Positions 1-13,135 of a stretch of DNA of 64,000 nucleotides are shown piece after piece; the first letter of the stretch is position 1, and every line of letters begins with the position of its first letter. Origin of the DNA: Macrostomum lignano (taxonomy: Eukaryota); NCBI GenBank assembly GCA_002269645.1, contig NIVC01000130.1, positions 372,001 to 436,000 on the forward strand. Reading direction: 5' to 3'. The translations under genes and the position numbers were made by a program. Under the pieces are notes generated by a model, which worked only from the letters and a program-made list of their open reading frames with translations, was not told where the DNA came from and made no database searches.

Positions 1-1858
1 TGATAGAGACATTGGATAGACAGGTGATAGAGACATTGGATAGACAGGTGATAGAGACATTGGATAGACAGGTGATAGAGACACTGGATAGACAGGTAAT
101 AGAGACACTGGATAGACAGGTGATAGAGACATTGGATAGACAGGTGATAGAGACATTGGATAGACAGGTGATGGAGACATTGGATAGATAGAGACATTGG
201 ATAGACAGGTGATAGAGACACTGGATAGACAGGTAATAGAGACACTGGATAGACAGGTGATAGAGACATTGGATAGACAGGTGATAGAGACATTGGATAG
301 ACAGGTGATGGAGACATTGGATAGATAGAGACATTGGATAGACAGGTGATAGATACATTGGATAGACAGGTGATAGAGACATTGGATAGACAGGTGATAG
401 AGACACTGGATAGACAGGTGTTAGAGACACTGGATAGACAGGTGATAGAGACACTGGATAGACAGGTGTTAGAGACACTGGATAGACAGGTGATAGAGAC
501 ATTGGATAGACAGGTGATGGAGACATTGGATAGATAGAGACATTGGATAGACAGGTGATAGAGACATTGGATAGACAGGTGATAGAGACACTGGATAGAC
601 AGGTGTTAGAGACACTGGATAGACAGGTGATAGAGACACTGGATAGACAGGTGTTAGAGACACTGGATAGACAGGTGATAGAGACATTGGATAGACAGGT
701 GATAGAGACATTGGATAGACAGGTGATAGAAACATTGGATAGACAGGTGATAGAGACACTGGATAGACAGGTAATAGAGACACTGGATAGACAGGTGATA
801 GAGACATTGGATAGACAGGTGATAGAGACATTGGATAGACAGGTGATGGAGACATTGGATAGATAGAGACATTGGATAGACAGGTGATGGAGACATTGGA
901 TAGATAGAGACATTGGATAGACAGGTGATAGAGACATTGGATAGATAGGTGATAGAGACATTGGATAGACAGGTGATAGAGACATTGGATAGACAGGTGA
1001 TAGAGACATTGGATAGACAGGTGATAGAGACATTGGATAGACAGGTGATAGAGACACTGGATAGACAGGTGATAGAGACATTGGATAGACAGGTGATAGA
1101 GACATTGGATAGACAGGTGATAGAGACACTGGATAGACAGGTGATAGAGACATTGGATAGACAGGTGATAGAGACACTGGATAGACAAGTGATAGAAACA
1201 CTGGATAGACAGGTGATAGAGACATTGGATAGACAGGTGATAGAGACACTGGATAGACAGGTGATAGAAACACTGGATAGACAGGTGATAGAGACATTGG
1301 ATAAATAGAGACACTGGATAGACAGGTGATAGAGACATTGGATAAATAGAGACACTGGATAGACAGGTGATAGAGACATTGGATAAATAGAGACACTGGA
1401 TAGACAGGTGATAGAGACATTGGATAAATAGAGGCACTGGATAGACAGGTGATAGAGACATTGGATAAATAGAGACACTGGATAGACAGGTGATAGAGAC
1501 ATTGGATAAATAGAGACACTGGATAGACAGGTGATAGAGACATTGGATAAATAGAGACACTGGATAGACAGGTGATAGAGACATTGGATAAATAGAGACA
1601 CTGGATAAACAGGTGATAGAGACATTGGATAAATAGAGACACTGGATAGACAGGTGATAAAGACATTGGATAGACAGGTGATAGAGACATTGGATAGACA
1701 GGTGATAGAGACATTGGATAGACAGGTGATAGAGACATTGGATAGACAGGTGATAGAGACATTGGATAAATAGAGACACTGGATAGACAGGTGATAAAGA
1801 CATTGGATAGACAGGTGATAGAGACATTGGATAGATAGAGACACTGGATAAACAGGAG
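1..1858. repeat. 24-bp minisatellite (GATAGAGACATTGGATAGACAGGT) with 17-bp deletion variants; runs off the left edge
   Basis: Direct periodicity; explains the VIETLDRQ and LSIQCLYH ORFs. Confidence 0.97.
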
Positions 1859-1900
1859 ATGTGCAAGTGGCACCAAAGAGCCGCATGCGGCGCAACTCAC

Positions 1901-2225
1901 GTTGAAACCGAGCCTCTCCCAGTCGCTCGTCAGTCGAGCTACTCGATTTCAACAGCAGCAGCTCCGGCCGTGACGCAATCAGCTTCCGACTCCCCTCTGT
2001 GACATGCTCATCACCCTCTGTCGCGTCCAGTTTCAAATCGGCACTCTCACCAGTCGGTGAAATCCGATTTTGAGTCGATTGAGAACTCTGAGCAGATCGC
2101 AGCGCCAGAAAGGATAAGCTGGTTGCTAGGCAGGCGGCAAGAAGCAGTATTGAGGCCAGCGCTGCCGCTGTCAAACGGTGATACCATTCAGGACAGCACC
2201 GGCTGGAGCCCATGTTGACTGGCAT
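1901..2225 (-). CDS. Probable first coding exon of an unidentified signal-anchor/type II membrane or secreted protein
   Basis: Non-repetitive ORF MPVNMGSSRCCPEWYHRLTAAALASILLLAACLATSLSFLAL...EARFQ with one ~24-aa hydrophobic stretch, ending at a consensus donor C|GTGAGT (GT at 1900-1899). Later exons would lie left of the window. Confidence 0.5.
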
Positions 2226-2332
2226 TGACGGTTCCAGCTGCTGTACGGTGGAGACTCAATGATACAAGTAGTTCCTTAATATATCTATGTGAATGGCAGC
2301 TTGTGTCTTGAACACTGCGGGCTGATGCTCTC

Positions 2333-2380
2333 ATTGGTGGCTGCTGTGCTTAGCCAAAATGACTGTAGCGGTCTGATTGG
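2333..2380 (-). promoter_or_regulatory. Two CCAAT boxes upstream of the 2225 ATG
   Basis: ATTGG on plus at 2333-2337 and 2376-2380 (CCAATGAG and CCAATCAG on minus), 110-155 bp from the ATG. Confidence 0.3.
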
Positions 2381-2403
2381 GGAGAGGGGCAACTCATGTA
2401 GGC

Positions 2404-2453
2404 AATCAGTCAGTCAGTCAGTCAGTCAGTCAGTCAGTCAGTCAGTCAGTCAA

Positions 2454-2496
<43 letters not shown>

Positions 2497-3071
2497 CCCA
2501 CTCACTCAAGTCAGTCAGTCAGTCAGTCAGTCAGTCAGTCAGTCAGTCAGTCAGTCAGTCAGTCAGTCAGTCAGTCAGTCAGTCAGTCAGTCAGTCAGTC
2601 AGTCACCCACTCACTCAAGTCAGTCAGTCAGTCAGTCAGTCAGTGAGTCAGTCAGTCAGTCAGTCAGTCAGTCAGTCAGTCAGTCAGTCAGCCAGTCAGT
2701 GAGTCAGTCAGTCAGTCAGTCAGTCAGTCAGTCAGTCAGTCAGTCAGTCAGTCAGTCAGCCAGTCAGCCAGTCAGTCAGTCAGTCAGTCAGTCAGCCAGT
2801 CAGTCAGTCAGTCAGTCAGTCAGTCAGTCAGTCAGTCAGTCAGTCAGTCAGTCAGTCAGCCAGTCAGTCAGCCAGTCAGTCAGTCAGTCAGTCAGTCACC
2901 CACTCACTCAAATCAGCCAGTCAGTCAGTCAGTCAGTCAGTCAGTCAGCCAGTCAGTCAGTCAGTCAGTCAGTCAGTCAGTCAGTCAGTCAGTCAGTCAG
3001 TCAGTCAGTCAGTCAGCCAGCCAGTCAGTCAGTCAGTCAGTCAGTCAGTCAGTCAGTCAGCCAGTCAGTCA

Positions 3072-3122
<51 letters not shown>

Positions 3123-3135
3123 AGTCAGTCAGTCA

Positions 3136-3183
<48 letters not shown>

Positions 3184-3395
3184 CCCACTCACTCAAGTCA
3201 GTCAGTCAGTCAGTCAGTCAGTGAGTCAGTCAGTCAGTCAGTCAGTCAGTCAGTCAGTCAGTCAGCCAGTCAGTCAGTCAGTCAGTCAGTCAGTCAGTCA
3301 GTCAGTCAGTCAGTCAGTCAGTCAGTCAGTCAGTCAGCCAGTCAGCCAGTCAGCCAGTCAGTCAGTCAGTCAGTCACCCACTCACTCAAATCAGC

Positions 3396-3434
<39 letters not shown>

Positions 3435-3684
3435 CCAGTCAGTCAGTCAGTCAGTCAGTCAGGCAGTCAGTCAGTCAGTCAGTCAGTCAGTCAGTCAGTC
3501 AGTCAGTCAGTCAGTCAGTCAGTCAGTCAGTCAGTCAGTCAGTCAGTCAGTCAGTCAGTCAGTCAGTCAGTCAGTCAGTCAGTCAGTGAGTCAGTCAGTC
3601 AGTCAGTCAGTCAGTCAGTCAGTCAGCCAGTCAGCCAGTCAGCCAGTCAGTCAGTCAGTCAGTCACCCACTCACTCAAATCAGC

Positions 3685-3723
<39 letters not shown>

Positions 3724-3766
3724 CCAGTCAGTCAGTCAGTCAGTCAGTCAGGCAGTCAGTCAGTCA

Positions 3767-3817
<51 letters not shown>

Positions 3818-3910
3818 AGTCAGGCAGTCAGGCAGTCAGTCAGTCAGTCAGTCAGTCAGTCAGTCAGTCAGTCAGCCAGTCAGCCAGTCAGCCAGTCAGT
3901 CAGTCAGTCA

Positions 3911-3961
<51 letters not shown>

Positions 3962-4069
3962 AGTCAGTCAGTCAGTCAGTCAGTCAGGCAGTCAGTCAGT
4001 CAGTCAGTCAGTCAGTCAGTCAGTCAGTCAGTCAGTCAGTCAGCCAGTCACCCACTCACTCAAATCAGC

Positions 4070-4108
<39 letters not shown>

Positions 4109-4211
4109 CCAGTCAGTCAGTCAGTCAGTCAGTCAGGCAGTCAGTCAGTCAGTCAGTCAGTCAGTCAGTCAGTCAGTCAGCCAGTCAGCCAGTCAGCCAG
4201 CCAGTCAGTCA

Positions 4212-4262
<51 letters not shown>

Positions 4263-4366
4263 AGTCAGTCAGTCAGTCAGTCAGTCAGTCAGTCAGTCAG
4301 TCAGTCAGCCAGTCAGCCAGTCAGCCAGTCAGTCAGTCAGTCAGTCACCCACTCACTCAAATCAGC

Positions 4367-4405
<39 letters not shown>

Positions 4406-4681
4406 CCAGTCAGTCAGTCAGTCAGTCAGTCAGTCAGGCAGTCAGTCAGTCAGTCAGTCAGTCAGTCAGTCAGTCAGTCAGTCAGTCAGTCAGTCAGTCA
4501 GTCAGTCAGTCAGGCAGTCAGTCAGTCAGTCAGTCAGTCAGTCAGTCAGTCAGTCAGTCAGTCAGTCAGTCAGTCAGTCAGTCAGTCAGTCAGTCAGTCA
4601 GTCAGTCAGTCAGTCAGTCAGTCAGTCAGTCAGTCAGTCAGTCAGTCAGTCAGTCAGTCAGTCAGTCAGGCAGTCAGTCAC
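2404..4681. repeat. (CAGT)n tetranucleotide array, ~2.3 kb, with recurring CACCCACTCACTCAA interruptions
   Basis: Direct; the SQSV ORFs are artefacts. Confidence 0.98.
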
Positions 4682-5024
4682 TCAGCCATTCCAAATGCTC
4701 GTATTTTAGAATGCGAGGTTTCCCACCTTTCTACCCTAAGGTCGTGTTTTGGAATGAAAACTTTAGCTAGGATTTCGAGTTGAGTGGAAGTCAGCCTAGA
4801 ATTCGGAAATGTGCAGCCATCCCTGGGAATGAGAGGAAGACGATAGCAAACCCCTAAGAAGATGTTATCCAGCATTAATTAACGATTAAGCGACGAAGCA
4901 GAAATCCTGTGTATCTTGCAGGCACCTGTGTGTGTGTGTAAGCAATTGAGAGCACGGAGGCAAGCTGCAACTGACTTGAGGAGATATTCACACACATGTA
5001 AAATGGCAAAAAACCTGACCCTAC

Positions 5025-5682
5025 CTAATAGTATGAACACTATTAGGGTGAACACTGACCCTAATAGCTAATAAACTTGGGTGAACACTGACCCTAATAG
5101 CTTATAAACTTGGGTGAACAATGACCCTAATAGCTTAAACTTGGGTGAACACTGACCCTAATAGCTTAAACTTGGGTGAACAATGACCCTAATAGCGTAT
5201 AAACTTGGATGAACAATGACCCTAATAGCTTATAAACTTGGGTGAACACTGACCCTAATAGCTTATAAACTTGGGTGAACACTGACCCTAATAGCTTATA
5301 AACTTGGGGGAACACTGACCCTAATAGCTTATAAACTTGGGTGAACACTGACCCTAATAGCTTATAAACTTGGGTGAACACTGACCCTAATAGCTTATAA
5401 ACTTGGGTGAACACTGACCCTAATAGCTTATAAACTTGGGTGAACACTGACCCTAATAGCTTATGAACGTGGGGTGAACACTGACCCTAATAGCTTATAA
5501 ACGTGGGTGAACACTGACCCTAATAGCTAATAAACTTGGGTGAACACTGACCCTAATAGCTTATAAACGTGGGTGAACACTGACCCTAATAGCTAATAAA
5601 CTTGGGTGAACACTGACCCTAATAGCTTATAAACTTGGGTGAACACTGACCCTAATAGCTTATAAACGTGGGTGAACACTGG
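5025..5682. repeat. 33-bp minisatellite (CCCTAATAGCTTATAAACTTGGGTGAACACTGA)
   Basis: About 19-20 tandem units. Confidence 0.95.
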
Positions 5683-5997
5683 CCAGATGAAAAACGCATC
5701 AAATGATATATCTCATCTAGGGAAAACAAGCGAGCCCATATAAATCACTGGGTAAGTTCTCCTGTTCAGCTTAACAGCAAAAATCTGCGCATGAAAAGAG
5801 AAGGAGTGTCAAGTTACAAATCAGAAGGCATGTGAGGATCTTGGCTACAGCTCTGAATCTCTTGAGCCTACGCAGGTTAGAGGGCAGGCAGTATGGGATT
5901 TCTGTGTCAAGTCACACAAAGGCGCCTTTCTGGAGAAGAGAAATCAAATTAATGCTCTGTTTTGATGTGGCGACCGAGAATACCGCTTGACAATAAG

Positions 5998-6850
5998 AAT
6001 GAGAGACGGATGAGACTGAGAAGAGGAGATGAAGGGAGTGAGACTGAAGAGGGGGAGATGAAGAGAGTGAGACTGAGAGGGGGAGATGAAGAGAGTGAAA
6101 CTGAGAGGGGAGATGAAGGGAGTTAACATGTAAACTGAGAAGGGAGACGGAGGGAGAGAGACTGAGGGAGGAGATGAAGGGATTCAGAGTGAGAGAGTAG
6201 ATGAAGGTAGTGAGACTCAGAGAGTAGATGAAGGGAGTGAGACTTAGAGAGTAGATGAAGGGAGTGAGACTCAGAGAGTAGATGAAGGGAGTGAGACTTA
6301 GAGAGTAGATGAAGGGAGTGAGACTCAGAGAGTAGATGAAGGGAGTGAGACTCAGAGAGTAGATGAAGGGAGTGAGACTTAGAAAGTAGATGAAGGGAGT
6401 GAGACTCAGAGATTAGATGAAGGGATTGAGAGTGAGAGAGGAGATGAAGGGAGTGAGACTCAGAGAGTACATGAAGGTAGTGAGACTGAGAAGGGAGATG
6501 AAGGTAGTGAGACTGAGAGAGTAGATGAAGGGAGTGAGAGTGAGAGAGGAGATGAAGGGAGTGGACTCAGAGAGTAGATGAAGGAGTGAGACTCAGAGAG
6601 TAGATGAAGGGAGTGAGACTCAGAGAGTAGATGAAGGGAGTGAGACTCAGAGAGTATATGAAGGGAGTGAGACTGAGAGAGGAGATGAAGGGAGTGAGAC
6701 TGAGAGAGGAGATGAAGGGAGTGAGACTCAGAGAGTAGATGAAGGGAGTGAGACTGAGAGAGGAGATGAAGGGAGTGAGACTCAGAGAGAAGATGAAGTG
6801 AGTTAGAGTGAGAGAGATGAAGGGAGTGATACTGAGAGAGATTGAGTGGG
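5998..6850. repeat. 27-bp purine-rich minisatellite (GATGAAGGGAGTGAGACTCAGAGAGTA)
   Basis: Direct periodicity with degenerate ends. Confidence 0.93.
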
Positions 6851-7289
6851 ACTGGGAAGGCAGAGCAGGAATAAGAGAGGAATAGGAAACATATTCGGAA
6901 TGCTATAAGGGAGCAATTATTTACAGAAAGACAAAAGTCCCTGAGAAAAAATTCTTACCTATTAATAGGCGAGTCTGCGCCCAAAATTGGCACCTCTGCT
7001 AATTTGCTTAATTAGATGTACTGACCTGTAGAAGTCGGGATTTTTCCAGCGCCGCCTACTATAAGTAGAGTGGCTGACTAACCAGACCACAAAAATCCAA
7101 GGATACTGTAAAAAAAATTCTGAGTAAGCCTGCTCTGTCATAATTCGTCTCTTTGACAATATTAGACAGGTAAAAGTGATCACAGAAAACCCCAGCTTTA
7201 GAAATATCAAAAACAGTTCAATAACAAAGAAGCTAAGGTTCCAAGTCATCTGAATTTAAAAACTGGGTTCAATCAACACAATTTTGCTG

Positions 7290-8040
7290 AATCAGCATTC
7301 TATTTCTAAGAAATTCCGGCTCTGCAACCATACAAGCTCTACAATTCGGAATTCTGTTTCTAAGAAAACCACGTTCTGCAACCCTAGAAGCAATACGGCT
7401 CAGCATTCTGTTTCTAAGAAAGCCAGGTTCTGCAACCCTACAAGCTGTGCGATTCAGCATTCAGCTGTTTCTAAGAAAGCCAGGTTCTGCAACCCTACAA
7501 GCTGTGCAATTCAGCATTCAGCTGTTTCTAAGAAAGCCAGGTTCTGCAACCCTACAAGCTGTGCGATTCAGCATTCTGCTGTTTCTAAGAAAGCCGGGTT
7601 TTGCAACCCTACAAGATATAAGATTCATCATTCTGTTTCTAAGAAAACCGGGTTTTGCAACCCTACAAGATATAAGATTCATCATTCTGTTTCTAAGAAA
7701 ACCGGGTTTTGCAACCCTACAAGATATAAGATTCATCATTCTGTTTCTAAGAAAACCGGGTTTTGCAACCCTACAAGATATAAGATTCATCATTCTGTTT
7801 CTAAGAAAACCGGGTTTTGCAACCCTACAAGATATAAGATTCATCATTCTGTTTCTAAGAAAACCGGGTTTTGCAACCCTACAAGATATAAGATTCATCA
7901 TTCTGTTTCTAAGAAAACCGGGTTCTGCGACCCTACAAGATATAAGATTCATCATTCTGTTTCTAAGAAAACCGGGTTCTACAACCCTACAAGCTATACG
8001 ATTCATCATTCTGTTTCTAAGAAAGCCGGGTTCTGCAACT
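7290..8040. repeat. 54-bp minisatellite with 57-bp variants
   Basis: AGATTC at 7621 and 7675; contains near-palindrome AAAACCGGGTTTT; ORFs on both strands are repeat-derived. Confidence 0.95.
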
Positions 8041-8339
8041 ACAACCCTTCTTCTGCAGGACTTCTAGAGAATCCGATTCTAAAGCTCCTTTAAAAGCCCA
8101 TCTATCTGATTGCAGGAAAATTAGTTTCTGAAATCCTGGATACACGCTATGCAGGCTATCTGATTCCAGAAGTTCTTTAAGAACAAGATACGCAATAATA
8201 GCTGAACATCTTGTGAGTTTTACGGTTTCAAGATCAGGATTTTTTTATGATTACATTTCAGTTCCATTTCAAATCATGCTTCAGTGACGCCAAAAGACAA
8301 ATAAAAAACAAGCAATAAAGTCATCGAATAGTGAAATTT

Positions 8340-8621
8340 TCAAGTTAGCTGTAAAATCTGTTTATTTAATATACATGTACATAATAAAAGCATCGGGAGG
8401 AGTGCTTCGACAACAACAATGGCACACCAGTTGAGCTCAGAAGTAACACGTCTGGCACCAGCGGAGCCGTCGGTAAAAATTATCAGAATAAAGCTGCGCC
8501 CCAACAATGAATGGCGCAGCGAAACAGACAACGACGATTCCGTGAGTGCCAAGAGAATTGACTTCATCATCAAATACGCATTGGTGGGGATGCTGTTTAA
8601 AAGAATCTGGATAAGATACAA
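8340..8621 (-). pseudogene. Possible degenerate non-LTR retrotransposon RNase H remnant
   Basis: Translation contains IIFTDGSAG...CAIVV, like the first RNase H motif of the LINEs at 32-34 kb and 47 kb (WTDGS, YTDGS); other motifs not seen. Confidence 0.3.
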
Positions 8622-10214
8622 ATTATAGGCCAGCTTAACGGTAACTCACCTTCTGGAATGCTGAGTAGTGAGTTACTCATTGCTTTCAATTAGAGTTCAG
8701 AGGCTGGTAAAAAAAATATTAATTGGCGCCAACTAGGAAGGAGACAGCTGGGCCTCCTACAGGCAGCAGCGAGGGGATATAGAGGATCGAAATTTTTGGC
8801 AAAGATGTGACGCACGCAAATGGGGTGCCCCCCCCCCCACGAGCGGCTTATATTCCCTTCTATCCCTACTCCTCCTCTTCCTCCGCCTCTGCATCCTAGA
8901 ATCCTCTCTCCCCCCTTGAACCCCCCATGGTGCTGGGGTTCCTGAAACACCCGTCTTCAACACACACAGACACGCGCACACACAGCACTCCCCTTTCTCC
9001 CTGCCTCTTCAAAGACGACGAATAGCTTTGCCGGGGAAAGAAAGTAGTAGAAAAGCCGGTTTGGAGGGAGGGTTCAGCTGCGTATTTGTGGACTAGGGGC
9101 CGCGCAGTCTCTGCACTGCGCGTGTGAGCGGGATGAGGCGATAGCCGTGAATGGGAGGGGTGAGAGAGCCTTGGGGAAAGAGATTTCATGGGAACTGGAA
9201 CTGGACAGGCGGAGGGAGGCGAGGAGAGAGGAGAAAGAAAGCTGAAGAAATCATCCCAGCCTAGAAATCAAGCCCCCAACCTCCCAGCGTTGACCGGAGG
9301 AAGAAGAAATGCATTAGACAGAGAGGGAAGGGGAACGGAAGAGCTATCGATCTGTGCTCCCCACAAACGTTCAACCGAAATCCTCCCCTCCTCTTATCAA
9401 GCCAGCATCGCACACTGTGCTGCTGCACAAGCAGGCTTCGGCAGAGGAAAGGAGAGAGAGGCTATAGGCTAGCAACGCAAATTTCCAGGACCTGCACTGC
9501 ATGCCCGCGTGCGAGCAGGAGAGCGCAATCCGCCATCTCCTATAGCTTACTGGAATCCTCTTGCTTGCCTGTCTTCTACCGCTTCTATCTAACTCGACTT
9601 TCCTTCCTCTTCCCTTTTGACTCTCCCGAAACCTCGTTTCCTTTCAGACTGCTCCTGCCTGCCTTCCCTTGGATATTTATTTCTGCCTGCAGTCGCACGC
9701 AACGCAAGGAAGTCCGAAATGGGCCCTTTTTGCTTTGACTTTTCTTTCTTCATTCTATCCTTTTTCGCTACTTTTTTGCCTTTTAAACAGACTGAGCTTT
9801 TTCGCTTTTCAGCGGGCAGCAGGCAGAGGTTCATAGGTTCTTGTCTACCAAAACCGGATTTTTAAAAAAATGATTTTGATGCTTATAAATCATTTCAATC
9901 AATGCGATGATGTATTCGAATGCGAGTATATATATATATATATATATATATGGGTCTTGTCACTTACTTCAGTATTTACTTGCCATTTAAATTCAGTTTT
10001 TTTCTTTGCATTTCAATCATTACAGCGACAGTAACAGTCGGTCATACAATAAAATGCAGGGACAGGTTTAGTAATTACTCGTATCTAAATCGAATTAAAA
10101 ATCGCAAGGAATCCTTACTTGACCTTAATTGACACACAGCTCCACGCATGCTTCAGTCAATACTCAATTGACAATTAAGACTCTTTAGTGTGTCACTCAC
10201 AAGTTCTCCTCACT

Positions 10215-10905
10215 ACTCTGACTCTGACTCTGAAGTTCTCTCTAAACAGATCCTTCAGTGAGTCACAAGCTCTCTCTAAACAGATCCTTCAGTGAGTCAC
10301 AAGTTTTCCCTAAACAAATAATTCAGTGAGTCACAAGTTCTCTCTACACAGATCCTTCATTGAGTCACAAGTTCTCCCTAAACAAATAATTCAGTGAGTC
10401 ACAAGTTCTTTCTACACAGATCCTTCATTGAGTCACAAGTTCTCTCTAAACAGATCCTTCATTGAGTCACAAGTTCTCCCTACACAGATCCTTCATTGAG
10501 TCACAAGTTCTCCCTAAACAAATCCTTCAGTGAGTCACAAGTTCTCCCTACACAAATCCTTCAGTGAGTCACAATTTATCCCTACACAAATCCTTCAGTG
10601 AGTCACAAGTTCTCCCTACACAAATCCTTCAGTGAGTCACAAGTTCTCCCTACACAAATCCTTCAGTGAGTCACAAGTTCTCCCTACACAAATCCTTCAG
10701 TGAGTCACAAGTTCTCCCTACACAAATCCTTCAGTGAGTCACAAGTTCTCCCTACACAAATCCTTCAGTGAGTCACAAGTTCTCCCTACACAAATCCTTC
10801 AGTGAGTCACAAGTTCTCCCTACACAAATCCTTCAGTGAGTCACAAGTTCTCCCTACACAAATCCTTCAGTGAGTCACAAGTTCTCCCTACAAAGATCCT
10901 TCTGC
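10215..10905. repeat. 34-bp minisatellite (AGTGAGTCACAAGTTCTCCCTACACAAATCCTTC)
   Basis: Period 34 (10631 to 10665); each unit contains TGAGTCA. Confidence 0.95.
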
Positions 10906-12182
10906 AACTCAGAAGTTCTCATGACAGAGACTTTCGATAAAAAATTTAATTCATTTAGAGTTAATTGTTCAATTCTTTTACAAAAAACGTACATAAGTAA
11001 CTGGGAATGATGGATTGATCGAATGCTTTATAAATTTAAAGCCAGTTTTTTCCAAAACATCAGACGAAAGTGAAGAGAAACTTTAAAGCAAGGCAAAGTT
11101 GTTTTGCAAATTGCAATTTGGGCATGGATCTTGAAGCGAGGTCGAGAAACTTGAACGAGCAGCAGAGAGCAGGCATCCAGCTAAGGGGGTTGGGGAGGGG
11201 GTTAGTTGCTTTGGAAAGCCATGGGGGAGAGCGAGGCCGAGTGTGCGAAGAATCCTGAATGTGGGAGGGGAATAGGGGATGGGCAGAAACGGATCAATAC
11301 GAGGAGCAGGCGAGGAGGGACACAAGGCCTGGCGGGGACTTGAGTCAATGGATGGCAGATGAAGCGAGTAGCGCTGCGTGGGGATTAGTTTGGGTAGAGG
11401 GAGAGAGAAGGGGGCGGGGCCTACTCCGGGACTCTCTTAGAGCATCCTGCAGAACTCGAGGAAAAGTGGTGCACGCGAAGGAGAAACCAAAAGGTCGGAT
11501 ATACGACTAGTGAGCATGAGCAGGAGCAGCGGGGGGCGACTTCTCCGAGCTGCGCTGAGGAAAACAGAAAATTCCAATCGATAAGGAGAGAGGAGAGGAG
11601 AGGAGAGGAGAGAGGCAGAGCCAGGCCGAGCAGAGCAGGGTGCTAAATTAGTTGGGGAGAGAAAGCCCCGACTAACCCTATAGTTCCCACGGATGCTGAG
11701 CCCCTGCCTGCCCGCCTCCCATGAGACTTCGGTCTAAGGGATTGGGAATGCGCTGGGAGAAGGAGTGAGAGAGATAGGAGACATGAGGCAACGATGCGAG
11801 TGGAATTGGGATCTAGAGAGGGACAGAAAGATTGGCGTACGAATGGGGGGGACCGAGCAGGAGCAAAGTATAGGGAGGGAAAGCACGAACACGAGCTTAG
11901 ACAAATTGCCAAGCAGCGGCATTAGTGGCATTGAAAGCTGTAAAAAATAAAGTTAGTCGCTTTCTTTCCATACTACTGAACAGAGCAGCGTAGTAGAGTT
12001 GAAAGTAAAATACAAGCTAGATTTAGCTAAAGTGAATTGTATAATCTGGAAATAAATTTGAAACAGGTTTATTTTGTTTTAAATTAATCCTATTTTCCTT
12101 GGCAGTCTCACAGAGAAAAAAAACTACAAATATAAGGTGTGTTTAATAGTAATAGAATTTTGTCAAAAAAATTGAATAGATA

Positions 12183-12766
12183 AAATCAGATTGATGACTG
12201 AGCTGATTCCCTTCACAGGGGACAGATGGATGAGCACTCAAAACTGCTGGCAATCATGCACTGCAGTTCTGTTGCCTCTCTTGAAGGCTCAAGAATGTGC
12301 TTCTAAGCCAAAACTGGAAGGATATTTACACCCCTGCCATGACCCCATTACCATTACTACCTCGCCAGGCACTGCTTCCTCCGAGGTGGACCTCGAGAGT
12401 GAAATTTGTCCTTTTTGTGAATATGACAATGAAGATGCTTAGCACTTTGTTTGTCCCTGCCCTTTCTTTACCAGAAAGAGAATGGATATACTAGATTGGG
12501 CCAAACCTGTCTATTGATGAGGTCTGCTAGCCCAATAGCATCCCGTGCCTCATCAAGTTCCTTCAGACAACAAGATCCTTCAGCCACTTTCTTCCTTACA
12601 GAAGAAGATCATGCATACTGCAGGACAGACTGACAACTGGTCCCATGCCTCTGCATGTTTGAATGCCTTCAGGGGCTAGTCGCCGCTAGCGGAATGGGTG
12701 ATCCTTACCTCCTTTGCCGTGTCTACGGTCTACAGACCACCCTGCATCTCAGTCAAGTAAGTCAAG
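12183..12766 (+). mobile_element. Old 5'-truncated copy of the LOA-like LINE (C-terminal zinc finger region, 3'UTR, AGTCAAGTAAGTCAAG tail)
   Basis: Colinear by eye with 47720-48279 (e.g. CACTGCTTCCTCCGAGG, GACAATGAAGATGCT, TCAGGGGCTAG, same tail); stops and indels present. Confidence 0.92.
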
Positions 12767-12899
12767 GGGTGTTCATCTAAAAATTACTGAGACAATGTGT
12801 GATAGGGTAGATTGCCAAGCAGATATACTTTTAACCTACTATTAGTAGTTAAGACTTAAAATTTAGTGTAGTAGAAAATATTAGGAAACATTATTCACG

Positions 12900-13135
12900 T
12901 AGAAGAAAGGATTAAGAGGGAAAAGAAGAGAGGAGAGAGAAAAGAAAAAGAGATTTAATAGAAAGGATAAGAGAGCAGATAAGAAAGAAGAGAGGAGAGT
13001 AGAGAAGAGAAGTAAAATGAGAGAAGAGAGAGAAGAAATGAAAAATAAGAGAGTAGATAGGAGATAAGAGAGTAGAAGCGAGAGAAAAGAAAGGACAAAT
13101 AAAAGAAAGGTGAGAAAGCGAGAAAAGATGAGAGA
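12900..13135. repeat. A/G-rich low-complexity tract
   Basis: Almost only purines on the plus strand. Confidence 0.7.

Noticed and set aside
1868-1900. RR-MRLF-G as an amidated neuropeptide
   Set aside because: It lies downstream of a perfect GTGAGT donor at 1900, so it is probably intronic, and no basic cleavage site follows the Gly.
8690-11950. Purine-rich non-repetitive stretches (8.7-9.9 kb, 11.1-11.9 kb) as genes or TE ORFs
   Set aside because: Short ORFs with no recognisable motif and no consistent splice structure; left unannotated.
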